The translations under genes and the position numbers were made by a program. Shown in pieces: positions 1 through 9,345 of a DNA stretch of 51,580 bases (positions are counted from its first letter, which is position 1; the number at the start of each line of letters is the position of its first letter). The notes beneath the pieces are model-generated. The model saw only the letters and a list, made by a program, of their open reading frames with translations, did not search any database and was not told the DNA's origin. Source of the stretch: a virus (Duplodnaviria; Caudoviricetes); IMG/VR virus record IMGVR_UViG_3300020061_000009, positions 1 through 51,580 of that record. One strand, written 5' to 3'.

Positions 1-458
1 CGACCGCCGCACATCGTCGCGACCATCGAGAACAGCAGGTCGGCCTGCTCGAACGACGCCGCGGCGATCGGAATGTTCGGCGCCGGCACAGCGATCTGCG
101 GAGGCCCAGCGAACTCCAGCACCGCCAACGCAGCTATGAAGGTACTTTTCCCGCCACCAGTGGCCTCACCGCGAAGGGCCTCGTCGTAACGCCACTGGTC
201 GCAGTTCGGGCAGTACTCATACCAGCGGTAAAGGAACCTCTGCTGGTCCAGGCGAAGCCTGATCGGCTGGCCGTAATAGTCGCCATCGCCGCAGATACAA
301 AACTCCTCGATCCACGAGCAGGCGATGCCGCCATGAGACGGCCACAGATCCCCGACGACCGGCTTCCAACCGCAGGCAGAACAGCCAAGCTCAGCCTTCG
401 GCTTCGACGACCCGCGGGTCCGGCCGCGTGGACGCCTCGGTGCGACTGCTGTCGGCAT
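1..458 (-). CDS. terL: Terminase large subunit, N-terminal part (runs off left edge)
   Basis: Manual translation MPTAVAP...PIRLRLDQQRFL...GEATGGGKSTFIAAL (adenine-binding Q motif, Walker A); GGAGG RBS; overlaps terS. Confidence 0.85.
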   Translation of the reverse strand, partial: MPTAVAPRRPRGRTRGSSKPKAELGCSACGWKPVVGDLWPSHGGIACSWIEEFCICGDGDYYGQPIRLRLDQQRFLYRWYEYCPNCDQWRYDEALRGEATGGGKSTFIAALAVLEFAGPPQIAVPAPNIPIAAASFEQADLLFSMVATMCGG

Positions 459-909
459 CCGCACCTCCAGCGCTGTACCGGGCGTTCATGTCATGCAGCG
501 ACTTGCGTTCAGTGATCACCGCAATGCCCAGAGCCGACCTGTTCAACGCGCCCATGCCCATCTGCTTCTCACACGCCTGCACCGCGCCGAGCGCCTTGTA
601 GGCGGTCCCGTAGAGCGGGTTCTCGACTGGCTGTCCCTGCGATCCTCGCACCGAGGGCTCGAGGTCAGCCTCGGCGGAGAGGCGTACGTAGCGATCCATC
701 TCCTTGACCCAGCGGATCAGCACTGCCCGGTCAACGGGGGTCATGACAGTGGCGACTGTGTCATCCCAGTAGGCGTTCCAGGCATCCACGGCCTCGTCGC
801 AGAGGTTCGGGGGCGGGTCGAAGCGGGCCCCGGCCAGCGGGACCAGGTCCGCCCTGCGGCCGTTCCGGATGTCGACAGCGGTGCCTGCTGGCTTCTTCGT
901 CCTCGGCAC
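391..909 (-). CDS. terS: Terminase small subunit, P27-like
   Basis: PPPNL..A..AW, GSQGQPVENPL and MGMGALNRSAL motifs; directly upstream of terL. Confidence 0.8.
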   Translation of the reverse strand: MPRTKKPAGTAVDIRNGRRADLVPLAGARFDPPPNLCDEAVDAWNAYWDDTVATVMTPVDRAVLIRWVKEMDRYVRLSAEADLEPSVRGSQGQPVENPLYGTAYKALGAVQACEKQMGMGALNRSALGIAVITERKSLHDMNARYSAGGADADSSRTEASTRPDPRVVEAEG

Positions 910-1048
910 GACTGAACCCCCCCCTAAAAAGAGCGGGGCCCACTGGAGCCGCCTTGGTACCACGGAGAAAGATTCTGAGGCGAGGGGTCATCGGCCGGCG
1001 TGGATTCCGTATGGCATACCCCCTATGGGGTACGTCTATGTGTGCAGG

Positions 1049-1411
1049 TCAGAGTGTTGTGATTCGCCTGATTCTTGCACCAAGACTTGAGTTGCATGCT
1101 CTACATAGGAGGCTCGTGACGTGTTTGCCCCCATGTGCACGAGCTTGATCATGTTGCCCTGTAATAGGATTGCCCTTATTGATTGGTCTACTACATCTAG
1201 GGCAATGTGTGGGTACACCACCACATGCCTCTATGAGGGCCTCCACCTGGGCCCTATGTGCAGCCCCTAGGCCCCTCTGTGTGGTACTACCCCTGTGTGC
1301 ATCCCTGGCCCTGGTGTAGGCCTGCCTACAGGGGGGGCATCTATTGGCCCCTCTAGCAAGGCCTCTACAGGGCATCCCTGGTAGGCCTAGGCAGGGCCTC
1401 AGTGGAGGCAT
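1049..1411 (-). CDS. Packaging-associated HNH endonuclease
   Basis: CPRC...GQHDQARAHGG...LCRACNSSLG; RBS before ATG 1411; upstream of terS. Confidence 0.75.
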   Translation of the reverse strand: MPPLRPCLGLPGMPCRGLARGANRCPPCRQAYTRARDAHRGSTTQRGLGAAHRAQVEALIEACGGVPTHCPRCSRPINKGNPITGQHDQARAHGGKHVTSLLCRACNSSLGARIRRITTL

Positions 1412-2003
1412 CCCTGAGACCCCCCTCCACAGAAGGCCCCTTCCCAGGAAGGGGCCAAATAGGGCTCGCTCCTGGAGGCCCCTTTTTCCAGGAGGGGTTT
1501 CCGGAAAAGGGGGTTTGCCAGAAGGCGCCGTTTCCGGAGCCCCTGAAAAGGGCGTTTCCAGGAACCACCAAAAACGGGCCTTCGAGAAATGGCCTTCCGG
1601 GGAGCATCGCCTGCTTTTTCGGTGAATCCGGGCGTGCCATCCGACTCCAAGCAGACCTACGGCTGCGGCACCGAGTTCACCGCGTTCGCAACCCTCTACC
1701 AGGGCCCGCATGACCGAAACCGAAACGGCGAAAACGGCGAATAGTGCTATGGCGATCTTCTTGGCGCTCGCTCGCTTCTTGTTCTTGCCCGATCCGACCG
1801 AAAATGACCCGTCGCCGTTGCTGGAGACCCGAGCGCGGCTTCCGGTACCGGCACTGATGGCTTTCCCGACCGCCTGACCAGTTGAACGGCTCAAATCGCG
1901 GCCGTGAGCGCAGCCAGCGAGCCGGGACACCATCCGTGAACTTGCCGTCAGAGGGATCCCGCGGATGCCTCCTGAACGGAGGTGGAGGCTGCGGGAGCCA
2001 GCT

Positions 2004-2171
2004 CTAGCTGGGGCGGACGTTTGCGGCGAGCATCGAGCACAGGAGTTGCATCGCCTGCTGCTCGGTGAAGCCAGCGTCTACCCAGGCCCGAAACAGTTCG
2101 TGCATCTGCACCGCACCTGCGGCGAGTTCCGTCAGCGGCGAGATCGGCTCGTTCTTCTCGTTCATCGCCAT
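2004..2171 (-). CDS. Small conserved actinophage hypothetical protein
   Basis: HELFRAWVDAGFTEQQA motif; TGATG coupling with upstream ORF. Confidence 0.7.
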   Translation of the reverse strand: MAMNEKNEPISPLTELAAGAVQMHELFRAWVDAGFTEQQAMQLLCSMLAANVRPS

Positions 2172-2353
2172 CAGACCTTCGGGTGAGGGTGAATGGTCAT
2201 CCAGCGGACGTCGTCGAAGCGAAGTCTGCAGTCGCACGGAAACGCCTTGGTCTTCGGGTATTCAGACGGAGGTTTCGAAGGATCCCAAGGAGGGTCGTAC
2301 CGGAACAGGTACGCGTCGGTGCCATCGCAATGACGGATCACGCGCTCGCCCAC
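2171..2353 (-). CDS. Hypothetical protein
   Basis: ORF track; translationally coupled. Confidence 0.55.
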   Translation of the reverse strand: MGERVIRHCDGTDAYLFRYDPPWDPSKPPSEYPKTKAFPCDCRLRFDDVRWMTIHPHPKV

Positions 2354-2577
2354 ACTTCCGGTGGCTCATGGCGAGATTTGAGACAGTTGAATTCCACGAC
2401 GAGCCGTAGCCGGTGGTCAACGCCGGCCAGGATCACGACGCGGTCGTCGGCCAGGTATTGCATACCTCGGGGGTGGCTGAGGTCGCCGTACGCGCGGAAG
2501 TCGCGGGGGCGGAGACCCTGCGCACGTGCCCACCGATCGGCTTCCTGCTGGGTATGGGCGTACACGAAGACTGTCAC
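2338..2577 (-). CDS. Hypothetical protein
   Basis: ORF track; operon packing. Confidence 0.65.
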   Translation of the reverse strand: MTVFVYAHTQQEADRWARAQGLRPRDFRAYGDLSHPRGMQYLADDRVVILAGVDHRLRLVVEFNCLKSRHEPPEVWASA

Positions 2578-2835
2578 CGGCTAGACGTTTCGGCGGGAGG
2601 CTGCCAGCCGAGGCGAATCAGAAGGTCCCGCGCGTCGACCGAAATCCAGGCTTGCACCTGGATGTCTTCGGTCGTGGTCGTTTCCACGATCCCGAGTTCC
2701 AGAACCGCCCGTGGGTGCTCGCCGGCGCGCAGGTCGAGCTGCAGGCCGCGTAGCGCCCGCGAGATGTCCTGGCCGTCGAGCCCAACTTTGAAATCCCAAG
2801 GCCTCTCGCGCGGGGGTGATGCGTAGCTCGGTCAT
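2574..2835 (-). pseudogene. Frameshifted hypothetical gene
   Basis: MTELRITP start and WDFKVGLDGQDISRALRGL...LGWQPP body lie in different frames; 262-nt span between coupled start and stop. Confidence 0.55.
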
Positions 2836-3182
2836 GTGCCGTGAACCGCGTACATCCAGGGCGCGTTGCCCCACTCGACAGGCGGCATGCCGTACTGCTC
2901 GCGCCACTCATTCAAGGTCATGTACTTGACGCCGGATGCCGTGGACTCTTTTCCGTCAACGGTCCGTGTGGCCTTCGTCAGCCCGCCAGTAACGGCGACA
3001 TGACCCTGCACTGGGCCCTGTGTCCATGACGCCACCCAGCCGTCTTCGATTGTTGCCGGGAAGTGAGGGAAGCGGAACTCGACAAGCGCAGAGAGATCAT
3101 CCGGGTCGAACTCCAGATCGTACGTGGCACCCTGGTTGTTGGTGGCGACGACCTTGAAGCCGGTCCAGCGAAAGTCGCTCAC
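2832..3182 (-). CDS. Hypothetical protein with portal-like C-terminal motif
   Basis: GTGA overlap start; ends MTLNEWREQYGMPPVEWGNAPW. Confidence 0.6.
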   Translation of the reverse strand: MSDFRWTGFKVVATNNQGATYDLEFDPDDLSALVEFRFPHFPATIEDGWVASWTQGPVQGHVAVTGGLTKATRTVDGKESTASGVKYMTLNEWREQYGMPPVEWGNAPWMYAVHGT

Positions 3183-3457
3183 TCGTCGCGTCCGAAGGCC
3201 TGGTCGCGGGCGCGCCGGAGGTGCCGGATCAGATCGTTGATCTGCCACCGGTCCAAGTCCACGAAGGACCCCTCCCAGGCGTACCTGAGCGGCTCATCGT
3301 CGGTAGCTTCGACGAATTCGGCATTCCGGTCGGCGCCTTCGCGGAGCTTCCTCGTCGCGATCTGGACGTATTGTTCACGTGACCAGCCGACCTCAACCCG
3401 CACATCGGCGTCGGTGCCGTTCGGATTCGGGCGCGGGTAGACGATCTCTTTCGGCAT
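3179..3457 (-). CDS. Conserved actinophage hypothetical protein
   Basis: VEVGWSRE..VQIAT...LDRWQINDLIRHLRRARDQAFGRDE. Confidence 0.75.
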   Translation of the reverse strand: MPKEIVYPRPNPNGTDADVRVEVGWSREQYVQIATRKLREGADRNAEFVEATDDEPLRYAWEGSFVDLDRWQINDLIRHLRRARDQAFGRDE

Positions 3458-3523
3458 CTTGTTTCCCTTTCACGGGGGACGCCCATCACGGGCAGGTGGT
3501 TGTGCACGCGCCTGACGTTTGAG

Positions 3524-3829
3524 TCAGACGACGACGAAGCTGCCGGCGAGGGCGACGACTGTCTCCGGATCACGAATGATCTTGACCCACATGTCGTACC
3601 GGCCGGCGGCGAGCGTCGTAGCGAGACGACGCACGTAGTAGCTGACGAGGCTGTTGACAATCGCGGTTTCCCAGGTGGCTGCCGCGAAGTCCCCGGAAAC
3701 CGGGATCGAGCCGGCGGCGAGGAACGCGACCGTGACCGTGTCACTGGTTGGGTCGACTGTGGCGCCCGCGATGGTGGCCTTGACACTGGCTTTGATGTAG
3801 ACGGTGGCGAGCGACGAAATGGTGAGCAT
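3524..3829 (-). CDS. Beta-rich protein, probable virion accessory
   Basis: GGAGG RBS; beta-strand pattern; operon with 3839-5140. Confidence 0.7.
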   Translation of the reverse strand: MLTISSLATVYIKASVKATIAGATVDPTSDTVTVAFLAAGSIPVSGDFAAATWETAIVNSLVSYYVRRLATTLAAGRYDMWVKIIRDPETVVALAGSFVVV

Positions 3830-3838
3830 CGTCGCCTC

Positions 3839-4696
3839 CTACGTGCGTACCGGGCCGATGTGCCAGCTGATCTGCGGGCCGCCGATGTGCCATCCGGAGC
3901 GTGGTGCACCGACGATGACGTCCATGTCGGCCACACCCGGCTGGGCGACAGTCAGTCCACGCATCGTGGTGGTTTCGACGATGCGGCCCAACACGATCGT
4001 CTTCGCCAGCGACAGTCCACGCATCGTGGTGGTTTCGGTGACGCGGCCGACAGCGACAGTCTTGGAGACGCCCAACGCCCGGACCGTGTCCGTTTCGGTG
4101 ACCCTGCCCAGAGTCACCGACTTCGACAGCATCAGCGGCTGAACGGTGTCGGTCTCGGTGATGCGACCCAACGCCGCCGTTTTGACTGCGGCCAACGCCC
4201 GCATGGTGGTCGTCTCGGTGATGCGGCCGAGGTCGATGATGGTCGGCGCGGCGACGGTGTAGGCGAAGGCAACCCCGTGCAGACCGGACCACGTAGAGCC
4301 CGGATATCCGCCGGCGTTGAAATCGTAAATGCCCTGAGTGACCGTCACCAAACTGTCGCTTTGGGGCAGATAACCGCTGTTGTCGTACCGGTAGGTGCCG
4401 GACAGCGCCGCCACAAAACCAAGGGACGAGGTGCCGTCCCAGTTGTACGGGGTGTCCACCAGGGCGAGATTCCAGCCGGGAATCCAGCCGGACGTGGACG
4501 AGGTGCCGGACGTGATGAGCGTGTGCGACCCGTCATACAGCCGGGCAGTCACCGTAGAGGGACCGCCCGCAACAACGTAATAGACCCAGACGCCCACCGC
4601 GGTCAATGGCCCCGTTGACGAGACCGTGCCGCCCTGCCGCATGTTGTCCGGGCCACCGGCCGAGGCCGGTGCCCGATCGGGTACGCGCACGGTCAC
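3839..4696 (-). CDS. Probable virion fibre/appendage protein with five 20-aa repeats
   Basis: N-terminal beta domain plus LGR(I/V)TET(T/D)T repeats. Confidence 0.7.
   Translation of the reverse strand: MTVRVPDRAPASAGGPDNMRQGGTVSSTGPLTAVGVWVYYVVAGGPSTVTARLYDGSHTLITSGTSSTSGWIPGWNLALVDTPYNWDGTSSLGFVAALSGTYRYDNSGYLPQSDSLVTVTQGIYDFNAGGYPGSTWSGLHGVAFAYTVAAPTIIDLGRITETTTMRALAAVKTAALGRITETDTVQPLMLSKSVTLGRVTETDTVRALGVSKTVAVGRVTETTTMRGLSLAKTIVLGRIVETTTMRGLTVAQPGVADMDVIVGAPRSGWHIGGPQISWHIGPVRT
3945..4235 (-). repeat. Five 60-bp coding tandem repeats
   Basis: acagtccacgcatcgtggtggtttcg and tcggtgatgcg recur at 60-nt period. Confidence 0.8.
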
Positions 4697-4699
4697 GGG

Positions 4700-5140
4700 T
4701 CAGCTCGCCCGGGCGAAACCACCCGCGGGGATGGTGATGTTGGTGTCGTTGCCGTCCGGAGTCCAGGTAACCCCGAACTTACCGAGCGGGATGATCGCAC
4801 TGTCCACACTGGCAGTCGCCGGTTTGTAGCAGATAAGTACGGCCCCGACCGCGTTACCGGTCGGCGCTGTGTAGGCGACGTCGTCGCAGTCGATGTCTAC
4901 GCGGTCGTTCGTGTCGTCCACGGTGACGGTGACGGTGGTAAGCGTTTTGCGGCCGATTGTTGTCTGCTCGTTGCTCGCGCCAGCGAGTACCGCATCGAGA
5001 GTGTCGTAGTCGATCATTGTGGCGTCGGACACCAGACCCGATGACTCTAGGGGTACAAAGATGAGGCTGTCGGTGGCGGCGGGAAGACTGCCGTAGTAGG
5101 CCAACAGGCCCTTGACCGCGTTAAAGCAAACGTCCGCCAT
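4700..5140 (-). CDS. Minor tail/virion-like protein
   Basis: RKTL..VTVTVDDTNDRVDIDCDDV...TPDGNDTNITIPAGGF, typical of actinophage structural accessories. Confidence 0.7.
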   Translation of the reverse strand: MADVCFNAVKGLLAYYGSLPAATDSLIFVPLESSGLVSDATMIDYDTLDAVLAGASNEQTTIGRKTLTTVTVTVDDTNDRVDIDCDDVAYTAPTGNAVGAVLICYKPATASVDSAIIPLGKFGVTWTPDGNDTNITIPAGGFARAS

Positions 5141-5399
5141 GCGGCGACCTCCGCGTTTTTTATGAGCGCGGCGAGCACATCAAAACGGCTCCACACCGCG
5201 TCGAGGGTGGCCCAGAAACACGGAAGGCCCGCACTAGGCGGGCTCCAGGTATACGGGTCAACATCATGACAGTTCAGTTCTATCAGCGGTTGTCGGTGGA
5301 GTGCAACGACCTTTGGGAAAGGAGCCGGATCTTTCTTGCGGGCCACGTGGGCGGCCGGGTGTGCCCCTTCCCTCACAGCTCTTATCCTACCACAATGGG

Positions 5400-5429
5400 T
5401 TGCGTCCGCGTAATGCCTTACGCTATGCT
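5400..5429 (+). promoter_or_regulatory. Sigma70-type promoter with an operator palindrome in the spacer
   Basis: TTGCGT-N18-TATGCT; GCGTAA-tgcc-TTACGC inverted repeat. Confidence 0.55.
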
Positions 5430-5460
5430 GCAACCACGCCGAGAATGATGGGAGACCCGA

Positions 5461-5880
5461 ATGACCAACACAGTCCAAAGCCCGCGCACCCTCGTCGGTG
5501 CCGAGCCGCTCAACGGGTATGCGCTCCTGACGCTCCTGCACGACCACGCATTGAGGCTCAATGACAGCGGCGAACGTACCGACGAGGCCGATCACCACCT
5601 GACTCAGTTGGCGTTGTCGGCCGCTGTGGTGTCTTGGTGGTCGCGGTGGCAGCCGACCTCGATGCACCGAGCCCTGGTGGCTGGCTCAACGTTGGCTGAG
5701 GTTGCCGCAGCCGCAGGTGCAACTGAGGACGAGACTTTCGCCCGCTGGTCGGCTTGGGCGGAGCGGCAGACACGACTTTGGCTCCGAGGCGAGCCTCGCC
5801 TGGGCCTCGACCCTGCGGAGGCCACCTCCATCCGTACACGCCTCGGACGTTCAGACCGCGAAGGGAACCCCGATGCCTGA
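5461..5880 (+). CDS. Hypothetical protein, possible HTH
   Basis: RBS; AGSTLAEVAAAAGAT segment. Confidence 0.65.
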   Translation: MTNTVQSPRTLVGAEPLNGYALLTLLHDHALRLNDSGERTDEADHHLTQLALSAAVVSWWSRWQPTSMHRALVAGSTLAEVAAAAGATEDETFARWSAWAERQTRLWLRGEPRLGLDPAEATSIRTRLGRSDREGNPDA

Positions 5881-6466
5881 GACGACCCGAATCACCATAG
5901 AGTTCGACCAGCACGCGCTCCCCGGCTACGCGGACTCGTACCTCGCAGCCCTGTGGCATCTCGCGCAGGTCAACCCAGTCCCACACGGGGATAAGGCGGC
6001 AGGTGAGCTGGTCGAGCGGATCGGCCGGGAGATCATCCGCCGGTGGCTGCGCGGCGTCGGGCCAGAGTTGTGGCACCACCAAGGCAAAGATCATTACTGG
6101 GCGGAGCTGACCGGGCTGGCGAAGTACGAGCCTGGACCCGGTGCGGTGGACAGTCCTGGATGGCACGACGGGCGTTGGGTGCCCAAGGCCGCGTCGCCGG
6201 GGACGGCGACTCTTGTTGCGCCGAAGATCACCACGCGGCAGCTTCCGAACGGCAGCTATGCCGTTGACGCCAACGGTGTCGACCTCGGGACGGTTGGTGA
6301 AGACCTCGGCGGCAGATGGATCGCAGAGCCGTCGTCCGCGATCCCCGGGGCGCGCGTCTCGGGAGGGCACGCAACGCGGAAGCATGCGATCGACGAGCTT
6401 TACAACGCGCATCTTGCGGCGTCGGCGGAGCCGAAGGAGGGCGAACCGTGCGTGATCCGAACATGA
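5873..6466 (+). CDS. Hypothetical protein
   Basis: Starts MPETTRITIEF, overlapping the previous stop. Confidence 0.7.
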   Translation: MPETTRITIEFDQHALPGYADSYLAALWHLAQVNPVPHGDKAAGELVERIGREIIRRWLRGVGPELWHHQGKDHYWAELTGLAKYEPGPGAVDSPGWHDGRWVPKAASPGTATLVAPKITTRQLPNGSYAVDANGVDLGTVGEDLGGRWIAEPSSAIPGARVSGGHATRKHAIDELYNAHLAASAEPKEGEPCVIRT

Positions 6467-7164
6467 TTACGTGGTTCGCCCGGTACGAGCTCGCGTGGGC
6501 TGTCGACGACACAGAGTCCGCGACGCTCGAAGATGGGGGCGCGGTCGTTCACGTCGACCAGGTCGCTGGCATCACCGAAGTGACCACGGCCGTGCAGGCC
6601 ATCAACATCTCGCAAGCCACGCGGAAGGCGGTCACCGCGCTCGGCGCGACTGTGGGCGTGTCACCGCATCGCCTCATCGTTGAGGCTGCCGACGCACTGC
6701 CACCGCCGGTGCCATACCTGTCGACCAAAGCCGCCGCGGCCATGCTGGCGGTCTCGGAAGCCCGAGTCCGCCACCTCAGCCAAAACCATCCGCTGTTCCC
6801 TCAACGGGTAGTGATCCCGGGCGCTGAGGGGAGTTTCTACCGGACCGGCGAAATCCGGGAATTCAATCGCATGTGGGATCGGGCCGGTGCCCGCGGCCGG
6901 CCGAGACGCCAAGACATCGCCGCCATCGCCGTCGCCACCGTCATCCTGTCGGAGTTCAAGGGACTGGGACGGGACGACGCCACGACCCTTCAGTTCCTCC
7001 TCGCCGCGAACGAAAACGGGCGGTATCTCCGCGAGGAAGCCGGGATCCTCGTGTCCGTGGAGGGGCGATACCGCAACGCCCTTCGCGAGTCTCTCGACGA
7101 AGACCGACGGGAGCGGCTCGGCAAGGCCCTTGCCGTTGCCCGCCGGCTGCTGGAGGACGGCTGA
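6448..7164 (+). CDS. DNA-binding protein with AlpA/excisionase-like HTH
   Basis: AAGGAGG RBS; YLSTKAAAAMLAVSEARVRHL...FPQ...RGRPR. Confidence 0.65.
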   Translation: MRDPNMITWFARYELAWAVDDTESATLEDGGAVVHVDQVAGITEVTTAVQAINISQATRKAVTALGATVGVSPHRLIVEAADALPPPVPYLSTKAAAAMLAVSEARVRHLSQNHPLFPQRVVIPGAEGSFYRTGEIREFNRMWDRAGARGRPRRQDIAAIAVATVILSEFKGLGRDDATTLQFLLAANENGRYLREEAGILVSVEGRYRNALRESLDEDRRERLGKALAVARRLLEDG

Positions 7165-7191
7165 GTCCCGGGGGGTGAATGAGTGGGGGTG

Positions 7192-7213
7192 CCCCGGACT
7201 AACACGTCCGGGG
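7192..7213. terminator. Hairpin between convergent genes
   Basis: CCCGGAC-taacac-GTCCGGG. Confidence 0.45.
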
Positions 7214-7281
7214 CCCCGATCTGTTGGCCTGGATCAATCTCGGCCCCTCACCGTCGTCAGAGAAAGGTCGAGAGAGTTCGA

Positions 7282-7821
7282 TCAGACTGCGGAGTTCAGA
7301 AGGGCTGTGTCGAGCACAGTGTATGAGCCCCTGGAAATCCAGACGTAACCGTCGTTGTTGTCGTCGTCGAGCTTGAACATGGTGCTCTTGTCCACGTCGG
7401 TGGCGTACCCGGTCACGTGCTTTTGCTGGCGAAGGCCAGGATCGGGTTGTTGTTCTGATCGCAGATCTGTGCCACGCGTGCGGTGCCGGTGAAGACGGCT
7501 CCGCTCCAGGGCGGCGTACCGATCCTGGAGGTCAAGCAGCGGCGGAGCCCACACGGAGGAAATGTGCTCCGGCCCGACGTACCGCCGACATGCGCACGGC
7601 ACCCATACGCGGCCCATCCAAATGCCGCCCTGGTAGTGAACCCGATCCACGTCGGCAAGGCAGGCCCCGGTCTCCTCGTCGTGCTCTCCGAGCGAGTGGT
7701 CACAGGCGCAGATCGGCAACGACTCCACTGCGGCCCTCCTCCCTGGCCGAAGGATCCGGCCTATGAGGATGCCGAAGACGAGGATGGCCGCGCCGACCGC
7801 GAGCGATACGGCGTCGATCAC
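7282..7821 (-). CDS. Membrane-anchored Cys/His protein; C-terminus appears fused to a gene remnant
   Basis: N-terminal TM helix; CACDH...H, CAC motifs. Confidence 0.55.
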   Translation of the reverse strand: MIDAVSLAVGAAILVFGILIGRILRPGRRAAVESLPICACDHSLGEHDEETGACLADVDRVHYQGGIWMGRVWVPCACRRYVGPEHISSVWAPPLLDLQDRYAALERSRLHRHRTRGTDLRSEQQPDPGLRQQKHVTGYATDVDKSTMFKLDDDNNDGYVWISRGSYTVLDTALLNSAV

Positions 7822-7988
7822 CGCGCCACCTCGTTCGGCGTGGTGGTCTCGGACTCAGCCCGGTCGGATTCCTTCAGGTCTCGCCATTCGAGGTATGTGA
7901 TGCGCAGTTGCCAGCCGAGGTAGATACCGTACGCAGCAATACCGAGGCACGCGAGCAAAAAGATCACGAAAGTCACCACCAGGGCCAC
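7818..7988 (-). CDS. Small membrane protein (56 aa)
   Basis: Manual translation MALVVTFVIFLLACLGIAAYGIYLGW...; GTGA coupling. Confidence 0.6.
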   Translation of the reverse strand: MALVVTFVIFLLACLGIAAYGIYLGWQLRITYLEWRDLKESDRAESETTTPNEVAR

Positions 7989-8432
7989 CTAAGGGTTTGC
8001 CGTGCGCTCAAAGGGCGTTTCCGTCTTGACCAGGCTTTCGCCACACGGTCGGCAGCTGCCGAACCAGACCAGACGTGCGCCAGTACGGAAGACGCTGACC
8101 GAAATCCGGTTGGGCTTGTATCGCCGGCAGACATCGCAGGTCCAGTTTTCCACGCCGCTATCCGGTAGCAGGCCACCGCTCGCGGCGCACATCGAGCAGA
8201 CGGTAAGACCGGGCCGCCACACAGCGACGTGGAGAACCTGATGCGAACCGTTCACGTGACGGCATGCAATCCCGCGGCGAGCGGAGATCTCGGCGTCGTG
8301 CCGTTCGAGGAAGTCCCTCACGAACCTCGGCGTCGGCATGCCCTCGACGAATCGGCCGGTGAGGATTGGGCCGAGGGCCCTCAGCATCGACTCGGCCTCA
8401 GCATCGCCGGGGTCCTGCTCCGCAGTATTCAC
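7989..8432 (-). CDS. Cys-rich hypothetical protein
   Basis: CxH and three CxxC motifs. Confidence 0.65.
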   Translation of the reverse strand: MNTAEQDPGDAEAESMLRALGPILTGRFVEGMPTPRFVRDFLERHDAEISARRGIACRHVNGSHQVLHVAVWRPGLTVCSMCAASGGLLPDSGVENWTCDVCRRYKPNRISVSVFRTGARLVWFGSCRPCGESLVKTETPFERTANP

Positions 8433-9043
8433 GCGGTCTCATCCCCCCACCGCGTTGGCACAACCGTCAACTCGGGCACGGGGAGTCCGGCCACCTTCGC
8501 CACGAACACCCGCAACGACTCGATGATCGCCCCCCCGCAGGTGTGGGCGTAGTCCGTCATCACGGATGCCTTCTCCCCGCGGATGCGACGTACCCAACAA
8601 TCCGTCCCGTCTACGGTCGCCGCAACGACATATCGCCCTTCCAGTGATCCGGGCATGTCCGCGACGCGCACATCACCCTCGGGCTCGTCCTGGCTTTCTT
8701 CACGGTCCCAGGCCTCAAAGACCAAGGCCGCCCCGAGAAAGCCCGGCCGACGGAACATGTCCAGAAGCATCCCGGCAGCGCCGTCTTCGGTCTTTGACAG
8801 GACCAGAGCCAGTCCGAACATCCTGTGAGCCGCGTTACCTGGCAGCAGTACAGCCGTCTTGGCGGCGTACGCCCCACACCGGATCGGGTCGCCCTCAGTC
8901 AGTAGTCGGTATGCCCGCTCGGTCACTTGGTCGTGCCAGTCGTACAGCAGGCAGAGGCGGCCTTCAACGTCCCAACCTCGACGGTGGGCAGTCATCTCGA
9001 CGCGCAGCAGCAGGCGCTCCATCATGACGCGATCTACCGTCAC
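8429..9043 (-). CDS. Hypothetical protein
   Basis: GGAGG RBS; coupled to the next ORF. Confidence 0.7.
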   Translation of the reverse strand: MTVDRVMMERLLLRVEMTAHRRGWDVEGRLCLLYDWHDQVTERAYRLLTEGDPIRCGAYAAKTAVLLPGNAAHRMFGLALVLSKTEDGAAGMLLDMFRRPGFLGAALVFEAWDREESQDEPEGDVRVADMPGSLEGRYVVAATVDGTDCWVRRIRGEKASVMTDYAHTCGGAIIESLRVFVAKVAGLPVPELTVVPTRWGDETA

Positions 9044-9345
9044 GGCGCCTCCACACTCAAGGTGGTCACTGCGGCTTGCACGGACAGGACGTTACCGCGA
9101 CAACTTACGTACGCAACTCATCCGTTCGGAGGATACCCGCGAACGGACAGAAAGGGGTCGCCGGCCCCGGTGACGATCCGGGCAGTCCGCCCGTATGAAA
9201 GGCGACTGAGTCCCAACGCTCTCCGGCGAGGTCTCCACAACGGACAGCAGTTACGATCAAGCCTTCGGGGCGGAGAGGCCGGAGGAAGGCTGGCAAACGC
9301 CGCATCGGGGACGTGGTAGCAAACTGCCGCCTCCGCCCCACCTTG

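Noticed and set aside
1412-1990. N-terminal extension of the 1049-1933 ORF, or a gene at 1650-1990
   Set aside because: The HNH gene has its own RBS and ATG at 1411. Upstream fragments (HPRDPSDGKF, a TM-like stretch) lie in different frames and cannot be assembled confidently.
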